Shown here: positions 12,371 through 20,053 of the stretch, piece by piece
Position numbering within the stretch: position 1 is the first letter of the stretch
Layout: each line of letters starts with the position of its first letter
Notes under the pieces: generated by a model
What the model was told of the DNA's origin: nothing
Databases searched by the model: none
The model's input: the letters and a program-made list of their open reading frames with translations, nothing else
Position numbers and translations under genes: made by a program
Source of the DNA: an uncultured Actinomycetes bacterium
Lineage (GTDB): Bacteria > Actinomycetota > Thermoleophilia > Gaiellales > Gaiellaceae
NCBI GenBank assembly: GCA_963711315.1
Contig: CAVQDQ010000004.1
Span: 7,825 to 71,824, forward strand
Direction of reading: 5' to 3'
DNA length: 64,000 bases

Positions 12371-13828
12371 CTAGCGCTTAGGTAGCGACCTCTGCAACTC
12401 GCGAGCGACGCTCCGGCCGCCTGCGGCCGGAGCGATCGCGCGCGCCAGCGAGCCCGGGTCGAGCCCGTTGGCGACCGAGATGTCCGTCGACTGGAGGAGC
12501 ATGGCGCCGGCGGCGGGCGCACGACCTGTCGCGCGCAGAGTCGGGGCCCACACGGCCGCCGAGGGGAAGTCGACGTCGGTCGCGTGCTGCCAGGCGCGGA
12601 GGTAGGGGTACGGATTGACGACGCCGTCGTAGCCGAGAAAGAGCAACGACGACGGGTGGATCTCGAAATGCAGGTGGTAAGGCGTGGTGTCCGCGTCGCC
12701 CGTGTTGCCGACGAACCCGACGACGTCACCCGCCTGCACGCGCCCGCCGTCGACCGCCAGCGGCGAGAACGCGGCCAGGTGGGCGTAGTAGAACTCGTTG
12801 CCGTCGCGGTCGCGCAGCCACAGCCGGTTGCCGCCTACCGTGTTCCACCCGACCGAGAAGACCGTGCCATCGGTCACAGCGAGCACGGGCGAACCGAGCG
12901 CGGCGAAGATGTCCTGCCCGTGATGCCAGCCGGTGTCCGCGCGCGCCGCGCCGAAGGTGTCGCCGAAGCCTGACGGGCCGTACACGGGGAAGACGTAGCC
13001 GGCAGCCGTCAGCCGCTTCGTCACCTTGGGGGCGATCTGGACGAGCGGGGAAGGACCGGCCGTTCCGGGCCGCGCCATGTCGGGCGGAATCCCGAGCCCG
13101 CGCCTGCTCGCAGGGCGTACGGCCGGCTCGGCGACCGCCGGGGGCAGCACAGCACGCGGCTTGGCCGACTCCGTCGCTGCCGGCTTGGCGACCGTGGGCT
13201 GAGTCGCGGTCGCGGAGGCCTCTGCATAGCCGACCAGGATCCGCGTGCCCACGGGCAAGCCCGCGTGATCGGCATCGAGCCGGACGTCGACGGCCGTGAT
13301 CCAGCCCCGGTGTGTGGACTCACCCGCCGTGCGCTCCTGGAGGAGCGTGAGGTGCCCCCAGTCGGCGAGCGGGACGCGGAGGTCGGGCGCAGGCTCGATC
13401 GACTGGCCGAGCACCGTCAGGCTCGTGACGCTCGTGCCGGAGAAGCTCTCTTCACCCGTTCTGGCCGATGCCTGCGTGCGGGCGACGACAGCACCAACGG
13501 TCACCTCGCCGCCGAACAGCGACACAACTCGCAGGTCGGCGCGCGCCTGAGCATTGACGCCTGTCGCCCACGAGCGGCCCGCCACGCTCTCGGCATGAAC
13601 GACGGAGCCGTCTTCCGGATACGAGAAGGAGACGGGCGACGCCTCCGTGGTGGCGGCGCCGTCCACGAGGCCGGCGACGATGGGCAGCTGGTTCGGAAGC
13701 AGCACCTTGATGCCGTACGCCGACGCAGCGGTCGTGGACTGCTCCTGCGCGCCAGTCTCGGCCCCCGCCTGAGCCGCGAGCCCGAGCAGCACTGTCAATG
13801 CGAGCGCAAAGCCCCGCAAGCCCACCAT
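12371..13828 (-). CDS. Secreted M23-family (LytM-type) metallopeptidase
   Basis: Has the signal peptide MVGLRGFALALTVLLGLAAQAGA. The C-terminal domain carries GWHHGQDIFA ... GNTGDADTTPYHLHFEI, which are the HxxxD and HxH Zn-binding motifs. Confidence 0.9.
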   Translation of the reverse strand: MVGLRGFALALTVLLGLAAQAGAETGAQEQSTTAASAYGIKVLLPNQLPIVAGLVDGAATTEASPVSFSYPEDGSVVHAESVAGRSWATGVNAQARADLRVVSLFGGEVTVGAVVARTQASARTGEESFSGTSVTSLTVLGQSIEPAPDLRVPLADWGHLTLLQERTAGESTHRGWITAVDVRLDADHAGLPVGTRILVGYAEASATATQPTVAKPAATESAKPRAVLPPAVAEPAVRPASRRGLGIPPDMARPGTAGPSPLVQIAPKVTKRLTAAGYVFPVYGPSGFGDTFGAARADTGWHHGQDIFAALGSPVLAVTDGTVFSVGWNTVGGNRLWLRDRDGNEFYYAHLAAFSPLAVDGGRVQAGDVVGFVGNTGDADTTPYHLHFEIHPSSLLFLGYDGVVNPYPYLRAWQHATDVDFPSAAVWAPTLRATGRAPAAGAMLLQSTDISVANGLDPGSLARAIAPAAGGRSVARELQRSLPKR

Positions 13829-13835
13829 CGCGCTG

Positions 13836-13841
13836 ATTATG
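13836..13841 (-). promoter_or_regulatory. Putative extended -10 (TGcCATAAT on the minus strand) 7 nt upstream of the M23 peptidase ATG
   Basis: The minus strand reads ...GTTGCCATAATCAGCGCGATG. There is no RBS, so the spacing fits a leaderless transcript. Confidence 0.4.
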
Positions 13842-13870
13842 GCAACACGACGCGGCTGTCGCCCGCGGCT

Positions 13871-14245
13871 TTACGTGGCGCGCCGGGAAGACCGCCACGC
13901 AAGCTGGGCCGCCACACAGAGCAGGAGCACACCGAACAGCCGCTCCAATGTGTCTTCCGGCAACGACTCGGCAAGGAAGCCTCCGCCCACGATGCCGACA
14001 ATGCCGGCAAGGCCGAGCACGAGCGCCGACCGCATGCGCACGTGGCCGTAACGGGTCTGGCGCCAGGTTCCGACCGCGACGACAGGGAGCATCGCCGCCA
14101 GCGATGTGGCCTGTGCGTGCAGCTGGTCGAGACCGAGCGCCAGCGACAGCGTGGGCACGAACAGGATCCCGCCGCCCACGCCGAACAGGCCTGCGAGCAC
14201 GCCCGCGACGAGGCCGAGCGCGATGGCAAGCGCCACTTTGTCCAT
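13871..14245 (-). CDS. TSUP (TauE/SafE, DUF81) family half-size membrane protein, second half
   Basis: Reads MDKVALAIALGLVAGVLAGLFGVGGGILFVP.... It has about 4 TM segments. Its ATG shares 1 nt with the upstream stop (TGATG). Confidence 0.8.
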   Translation of the reverse strand: MDKVALAIALGLVAGVLAGLFGVGGGILFVPTLSLALGLDQLHAQATSLAAMLPVVAVGTWRQTRYGHVRMRSALVLGLAGIVGIVGGGFLAESLPEDTLERLFGVLLLCVAAQLAWRSSRRAT

Positions 14246-14586
14246 CAGACGAGGAGGACGATGCCGATCGCCGTCAGCAGCCCGGCGAACGCGAGGGAGA
14301 GTGTGCGCGAGGGCACCCGCTGCTGGAGACTCGTCCCGCCGAGCACGCCTACCGTGGCGGGGATGCCCATCAGCGCCGCATACTTGAACTCGACGTCGCC
14401 GTGCAGTGCGAAGAAGATCGCTCCTTCCAGGGCGATCAGCCCGATGGCCGCGAGTGAGGTCGCCATCGCCGACCGCTCGGGATAGGCGGCGAGGAGGATG
14501 AGCAGCGGCACGATGACGATCCCGCCGCCGACTCCGAAGAGCGCCCCGAAAAACCCCGCCGCGATACCGATGAGGACGAGGCGCAC
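14245..14586 (-). CDS. TSUP (TauE/SafE, DUF81) family half-size membrane protein, first half
   Basis: Reads VRLVLIGIAAGFFGALFGVGGGIVIVPLL.... It has about 4 TM segments. The start is the GTG at 14586. Confidence 0.8.
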   Translation of the reverse strand: MRLVLIGIAAGFFGALFGVGGGIVIVPLLILLAAYPERSAMATSLAAIGLIALEGAIFFALHGDVEFKYAALMGIPATVGVLGGTSLQQRVPSRTLSLAFAGLLTAIGIVLLV

Positions 14587-14592
14587 CGGCCT

Positions 14593-14598
14593 ATTGTA
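14593..14598 (-). promoter_or_regulatory. Putative -10 hexamer TACAAT (minus strand) 6 nt upstream of the TSUP GTG
   Basis: The minus strand reads CATACAATAGGCCGGTG. The hexamer touches the otsB ATG on the other strand. Only 11 nt separate the two divergent start codons. Confidence 0.35.
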
Positions 14599-15317
14599 TG
14601 AGCGTGGCTTCCGATCTCCTGGCTCGGCTCGCCGAGCGCCCCGCGGAAGCGGCGATCCTCCTCGACGTGGACGGCACGCTGGCGCCGATCGTCTCCCGGC
14701 CGGACGAGGCGGTGGTGCCGGAGGAGACGCGCGCCGCGCTCTCGAGGCTCGTCGAGCGCTATGCGCTCGTGGCGTGCCTCAGCGGACGGCCGGGCGCGGA
14801 TGCCGCGCGAGTCGTGGGCGTCGCCGGCGTGCGGTACGTCGGCGAGCACGGCCTGGAGTTGGAGCCGGGCGCGGACGAGTGGGCGGAGCGGCTGGCGGCG
14901 TTCGCCGCGTCTGTCGACTGGCCTGCGGAGGAGGGAAAGCGACTCACGCTCTCTTTCCACTACCGGTCTGCGGACGACGCGGCCGCAGCCGAGGATGCTC
15001 TTCGCGCCGTCGCCGACCGCGCGCTCGAGCAGGGATTGCGTCCTCGTTGGGGGCGGCGCGTGCTCGAGATCCGGCCCCCGATCAACGCGGACAAGGGTAC
15101 GGCGGTCGTGCGGCTGCTCGACGAAGGCGCCCTGCGACGCGCGCTGTACGCCGGCGACGACACGACCGACCTCGATGCGTTCCGCGGTCTCGACGGCCTG
15201 GAGGTGGCCGTTCGCATCGCGGTCGCGTCTGACGAGGCTCCCGACGAGCTGGCCCACAGGGCCGATCTCGTCGTCGACGGCCCGAGGGCTCTCGCTGAGC
15301 TGCTCGCAAGGCTATGA
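14598..15317 (+). CDS. otsB: Trehalose-6-phosphate phosphatase (HAD-IIB, OtsB-like)
   Basis: Has the LLDVDGTLAPI (DxDGTL) motif, a ...SGR... region and ...YAGDDTTDLDAF (HAD motif IV). 239 aa. Confidence 0.8.
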   Translation: MSVASDLLARLAERPAEAAILLDVDGTLAPIVSRPDEAVVPEETRAALSRLVERYALVACLSGRPGADAARVVGVAGVRYVGEHGLELEPGADEWAERLAAFAASVDWPAEEGKRLTLSFHYRSADDAAAAEDALRAVADRALEQGLRPRWGRRVLEIRPPINADKGTAVVRLLDEGALRRALYAGDDTTDLDAFRGLDGLEVAVRIAVASDEAPDELAHRADLVVDGPRALAELLARL

Positions 15318-15873
15318 CGCATATCGACGAATCGGTGCTCGCACCGGTCCGCGAGCGTTACGGCGAGCCGTTCGTTCTGCGATGGGAGGGCGAGGTTTCG
15401 GACCCGGAGCTCGCCCTGATCACCTACAGCCCGGGGCGGCGGCACGACGTCACGCTCTTCGTCACGAACGGCGACCGACTGGCGCTGATCCGCAAGCCGC
15501 ACTTCGAGCCGGGCATCTGGCGGACGCCGGGTGGTGGCGTGAAGGTCGGCGAAGACTTCGTCGCAGGCATCGTGCGTGAAGGGCTCGAGGAGCTGGGAGT
15601 GGCCATCTCGCTGGAGCGCTACCTCGTCCGTGCGGAGGCGGTGTTCCGCTTCGCCGACGAGTCCGTGCCGTGGGTCACGCATGTCTTCTCCGCCACGACC
15701 GACGCGGAGGTGCTCGCTCCGCTGGACACGGCCGAGATCGCCGAGGCACGCTGGGGCACGGCGGAGGAGCTCTCCGGCCCGATCCGTGAACGGCTGTACA
15801 GACGGGGCGCGCGCTCTGGCGCTACCGCGTCGCCCTTCACGACGCCGCGCTCGAGCAGCTCAACGCCGCCTGA
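15314..15873 (+). pseudogene. NUDIX hydrolase, probable frameshift about 25 codons before the end
   Basis: The Nudix box is GGGVKVGEDFVAGIVREGLEELG. The ATG overlaps the otsB stop (ATGA). After ...GPIRER, the frame giving TGRALWRYRVALHDAALEQLNAA-stop (TGA at 15871-15873) looks native. The ORF-track tail ...RGARSGATASPFTTPRSSSS does not. Confidence 0.7.
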
Positions 15874-15975
15874 GCCTGGGGCCTCCCCTCGCCTCCTCCC
15901 GCCTTGAGCGTACGGAGGGATTCCAGACCTGTGGGTGACGCAAGCGTGCCGAGTGTGTGCCAATCGATTCACAGG
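15864..15975. repeat. Copy A of a roughly 100-nt intergenic element shared with 28699-28814
   Basis: Shared blocks are CGCCGCCTGA, GGGGCCTCCC, GCCTCCTCCC, TTGAGC and GTGGGT(G/A)AC, in the same order and spacing. It fills the convergent gap between the NUDIX and decarboxylase genes. It includes a 9-bp hairpin (15928-15936 / 15967-15975). Confidence 0.6.
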
Positions 15976-17276
15976 GAGGCGGCCTCGCGTCGCAGGACCT
16001 CCCAAGCAAGACTCACATCAGGCTCACTCGTTCGCTCCTGCCCGATCGCCAGCCGCAACACGTAGCGTCCGCCGAGCTTCGTGTGCGAGAGAAAGAGCTC
16101 GCCCGTCGCGTTGACGCGCTCGAGGAGCAACTCGTTCTCCTCGTCCGACCCGTCCCGGCGGAAGCAGACGAGCGAGAAGTGCCGTGGCGCCGAGATCTCC
16201 CAACCCGGCTCTGCGCGCACCCAGCTCTCGAACAGCTCCGCCAGCCGCACGTGCTCGCGGATCATGCGCTGCAAGCCCTCACGGCCATAGCAGCGCAGCA
16301 CCGCCCACAGCTTGAGAGAACGAAAGCGCCGGCCGAGCGCGAGCCCGTATTCGGCGATGCTCTCGACTTCCTCGCTCGTCCGCAGGTACTCGGGCACGAG
16401 CGAGAAGGCTGCGCGCAAGGCTTCGGGACGGCGGCTCCAGATCAGCGAGCAGTCGACGGGCACGAGCATCCACTTGTGCGCGTTGACGACGAGTGAGTCG
16501 GCGCGGTCGACGCCTTCGAAGGCCCAGCGAAGCTCCGGGCAGACCATGGCCGACCCGGCATACGCAGCATCGACGTGGAGCCACACGCCGGCCTGCTCGC
16601 ACGCGTCTGCCATCGCGGGCACGGGATCGACCGACCCTGTCGACGTCGTGCCTACCGTGGCGACGGCCGCGCAGGCTCCGGCCAGATCGAGGCTGTCCGG
16701 CCGCAGCCGGAATGCGTCGTCGACCGGCACCTTGCGCAGCTCCAGACCGAGCGTCTTCACGGCCTTCTCGACGGACGAGTGAGCATGCTCGGACGCAACG
16801 ACGACCGGCCTGTCAGGAGCGAGCTCGCGGGCGGCGGCCAGCGCGACGAGCGTGGAAGTAGAGGCGGTGTCCTCGATGTGGCCATGCCAGCCGGACGGCA
16901 GCCCGAGCAGCTCGGCCACCCAGTCGAGGACGACGCCCTCGAGCTCGGTCGAGGCCGGCGACGTGCGCCAGACGATCGCGTTCTGGTTGAGCGTTGCGGC
17001 AAGGAGCTCCGCGAGGATGGCGGGCTCGGAGCTGGAGATGCCGAAGTACGCGAAGTAGCGCGGCGATTGCCAGTGGGTCATCGCCGGCAGGAGGATCTCC
17101 TCGACATCTTTCAGGACCGCCGAGAACGGCTCGCCCTGATCCGGAGGCGACGCCGGAAGGCGCGACCGCACGTAGCCGGGCTCGACCTGCGCGAGCACGG
17201 GCAGCTCGCCGACACGCTCCAGGTAGCGCGCCGCCCACTCCAGCGCCTCGGCGCCGTCCTCGCGGAAGCTGCTCAT
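15969..17276 (-). CDS. PLP-dependent group II decarboxylase (aromatic-L-amino-acid / glutamate decarboxylase family)
   Basis: Starts MSSFREDGAEALEWAARYL. Contains ...THWQSPRYFAYF... and ...SLVVNAHKWMLVP (PLP Lys). The ATG overlaps the PolX stop (ATGA at 17273-17276). Confidence 0.88.
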   Translation of the reverse strand: MSSFREDGAEALEWAARYLERVGELPVLAQVEPGYVRSRLPASPPDQGEPFSAVLKDVEEILLPAMTHWQSPRYFAYFGISSSEPAILAELLAATLNQNAIVWRTSPASTELEGVVLDWVAELLGLPSGWHGHIEDTASTSTLVALAAARELAPDRPVVVASEHAHSSVEKAVKTLGLELRKVPVDDAFRLRPDSLDLAGACAAVATVGTTSTGSVDPVPAMADACEQAGVWLHVDAAYAGSAMVCPELRWAFEGVDRADSLVVNAHKWMLVPVDCSLIWSRRPEALRAAFSLVPEYLRTSEEVESIAEYGLALGRRFRSLKLWAVLRCYGREGLQRMIREHVRLAELFESWVRAEPGWEISAPRHFSLVCFRRDGSDEENELLLERVNATGELFLSHTKLGGRYVLRLAIGQERTSEPDVSLAWEVLRREAASL

Positions 17277-18987
17277 CGCTTGAGCGTCTTCTCGATCTGC
17301 GCCCACGAGCGCGTGTTCAGCACGTGCTTCTTCGTCAGCCACGCGCGGCGCGCCTGACCGATCCCGAGCTCGACGTAGGCAAGGGTCGACTCACGATGGG
17401 CGTCGCTGGTCACCGGTACGAGGATCCCCTCCTCGCCCGCCAGCCGCGCCAGCGGATCCGGCATGTCCAGGCGGTCGGGCTGGGAGTTGATCTCGAGCGC
17501 AGTACCGGTTCGCGCGGCCGTCTCGATCACACGCCCCGGATCGATGGACATGCCCTCACGGCGGCCGATCTTCCTCCCGGTCAAGTGGCCGATGGAGTCG
17601 ACGTGCGGATTCTCCATGGCGCCGCACAGCCGCTCGGTCGGATCTCGATGGAATGCGGAGTGGATCGAGGCCACCACCCAGTCGCGCTCGGCGAGCACCT
17701 CGTCCGGAACGTCGAGCGAGCCGTCGGCGCGGATGTTGACCTCTACGCCCTTCAGCAGCCGGAAGGGCGCGAGCTGCTTGTTGACGGCATCGATCTCCCT
17801 GTCCTGCGCCTCCATCCGGCCCTCCCTCAGGTAGTGCGAGTGGTCGGTGATCGCGAGGTACTCGTAGCCACGCTCGACGGCCGCGAGCGCCATCTCCTCG
17901 ACCGTGTTGTGCCCGTCCGCCGACCAGGTCGTGTGCGCGTGCAGGTCGCCCTTGAGCTGTCGCAGCTCGACGAGCTTCGGCAACGAACCTTCCCGCGCCG
18001 CCTCCAGCTCGCCGGCGTTCTCGCGTAGCTCCGGTGGGACGAACTGGTAGCCGAGGAACTCGTACAGCTCCTTCTCGTCCCGGTGCGTGATCGTCTCGCC
18101 GGTCTCGGTGACGAGGACGCCGTACTCGGAGATCGAGAGCCCGCGCCGCTGCGCCTCTTCCCGCATGGCGATGTTGTGGTTCTTCGAGCCCGTGAAGTGC
18201 TGGAGCAGGTTGCCGTAGCACTCGGGCGGAACGACACGGAGGTCGAAGCGAAGGCCGTGTCCGGACACGACGGTCGCCTTCGTGCCACCGCGGGCCGCCA
18301 CCTCCACCACCCACGGCAGCTCGGTGAAGTGCGCGATGAGCGCGTCGGGATCGCGGGCAGTCGCGATGATGTCGACGTCGCGGACGTTCTCTCGCCTGCG
18401 CCGCGCGCTTCCCGCCTCCGACACCTTGAGGGCAGCTGGATGGGCGCTGAAGCTCCTCGACCGCCTCCAGCACGAGCGGCAGCGCAACGCCGAGGAGGGC
18501 TCTCGTGGGGCCGCCGGCGTCACGCTTCGTCTCGGCGAGGGCCTTCAGAACGTTCTCCTCGCTCCTTGGGCCCAATCCCGACAGCGTGCGTAGCTGCTCC
18601 GATTCAGCGGCCTCGCGCAGGCCGTCGAGCGTCGTGATGCCGAGCTCGTGCCAGATCCGCCGGACCGTCTTCGGCCCCAGGCCCGGAATGCGCATGAACT
18701 CCACCACCTCCGCAGGCACGAGCTGCTTGTGCTTCGTCAGCGCGTGCACCTCGCCGTCCTCGACGATCTGGACGATCTTCTCCTCGATCGTCTTGCCGAT
18801 TCCCTGAAGCTCCTTGGCCTTGCCTTCGAGGGCCATCTGCGCGACCGAGGTGCCCGTCTCGCGGATCCGCGTCGCCGCTCGCCGGTACGCGAGCACGCGG
18901 AACGACTGCGACGTCTTCGAGCTCGAAGATGTCGGCCAGCAGCTCGAATTGCGTGGCTACGTCGGCGTTGGTGGGCAGGGTTGCCAT
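17273..18987 (-). pseudogene. Family X DNA polymerase with a C-terminal PHP domain (PolX), two apparent frameshifts
   Basis: MATLPTNADVATQFELLADI (ORF 18604..18987) continues as FRVLAYRRAATRIRETG...GIGKTIEEKI...IPGLGPKTV (ORF 17556..18896). It then continues as ...VRDVDIIAT...LLQHFTGSKNHN...GDLHAHTTWSADG...ITDHS... (ORF 17273..18523). The breaks are near 18900 and 18445-18458. Confidence 0.85.
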
Positions 18988-19008
18988 CTCGCCCGCGATG
19001 ATACGGCC

Positions 19009-19725
19009 GTGCGCGCGATCGTCTGTCTGCCCACATATAACGAGCGCGAGAATCTCGAGCCGATGCTGCGCGCGCTCGGCGGCGTGCTGCCTGACGATGC
19101 ACGCGTCTTCGTAATCGATGACAACTCACCCGACGGAACCGGACGGCTCGCCGACGAGCTCGCCGACGAGCTCGACTTCGTCGACGTGCTCCACCGACCG
19201 CGGAAGGAGGGCCTAGGGCCCGCGTACCTGGCCGCGTTCCGGCGGGCGCTTTCGGACGGAGCCGAGCTGATCCTGGAGATGGACTGCGACTTCTCGCACG
19301 ACCCCCACGACGTGCCGCGGCTGCTCGCCGCAGCAGAGCACGCCGATCTCGTGCTCGGCTCGCGCTACGTCGAGGGCGGAGGCGTGGAGAACTGGGGCCC
19401 CCTGCGCCGCTTCGTCTCGTCGGGAGGCTCGCTCTACGCGCGCGTGCTGCTCGGCGTCGGCATACGCGACCTCACGGGGGGCTTCAAGTGCTACCGGCGG
19501 GCCGTGGTGGAGGCTCTCGACCTCGACGCGGTCTCCTCTACGGGTTACGCCTTCCAGATCGAGACCACATACCGCGCGCTCCGTGCCGGATTCCGCGTCG
19601 TCGAGATCCCGATCACGTTCGCCGACCGCGAGGCAGGCGCCTCCAAGATGAGCAAGAGCATCTTCCTCGAGGCCGTGTGGAAGGTGCCTGTGCTGAGAGC
19701 CCGGGCGCTCGCCGGACGGCTATAA
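19009..19725 (+). CDS. Polyprenol-phosphate mannosyltransferase-like GT2 (Ppm1/DPM1 family)
   Basis: The GTG at 19009 gives VRAIVCLPTYNERENL...VIDDNSPDGT...MDCDFSHDP...GSRY...GGFKCYRR. The upstream part of ORF 18814..19725 overlaps PolX antisense and was not called. Confidence 0.85.
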   Translation: MRAIVCLPTYNERENLEPMLRALGGVLPDDARVFVIDDNSPDGTGRLADELADELDFVDVLHRPRKEGLGPAYLAAFRRALSDGAELILEMDCDFSHDPHDVPRLLAAAEHADLVLGSRYVEGGGVENWGPLRRFVSSGGSLYARVLLGVGIRDLTGGFKCYRRAVVEALDLDAVSSTGYAFQIETTYRALRAGFRVVEIPITFADREAGASKMSKSIFLEAVWKVPVLRARALAGRL

Positions 19726-19726
19726 G
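19721..19726 (+). promoter_or_regulatory. Putative -10-like TATAAG 6 nt upstream of the trxA GTG
   Basis: The sequence reads CTATAAGTCCACCGTG. The hexamer overlaps the TAA stop of the preceding gene. No RBS is present. Confidence 0.3.
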
Positions 19727-19732
19727 TCCACC

Positions 19733-20053
19733 GTGGACGAAGTCACCGACGCGACGTTCCAGCAGGAGGTGCTCGACGCCGGCGACCCGGTCGTCGTCGA
19801 CTTCTGGGCGCCGTGGTGCGGGCCGTGTCGGGCAGTCGAGCCGATCTTCGAGGCGCTCGCCGCCGAGCACGACGGACGCGTCCGCTTCGTGAAGCTCAAC
19901 ATCGACGAGAACGTCGCCACGGCCGCCCGTTACGGGGTGCTCTCGATTCCGACGGCGATCCTCTTCGCGGGCGGCGAGGATCGCGACAAGGTGATCGGCG
20001 CGTACCCGCGCTCGCGCTACGAGCAGGCGTGGGCCGAGTGGCTCACGCCGTAG
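19733..20053 (+). CDS. trxA: Thioredoxin
   Basis: 106 aa with the WCGPC active site (DFWAPWCGPCR). The start is GTG. Confidence 0.93.
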   Translation: MDEVTDATFQQEVLDAGDPVVVDFWAPWCGPCRAVEPIFEALAAEHDGRVRFVKLNIDENVATAARYGVLSIPTAILFAGGEDRDKVIGAYPRSRYEQAWAEWLTP

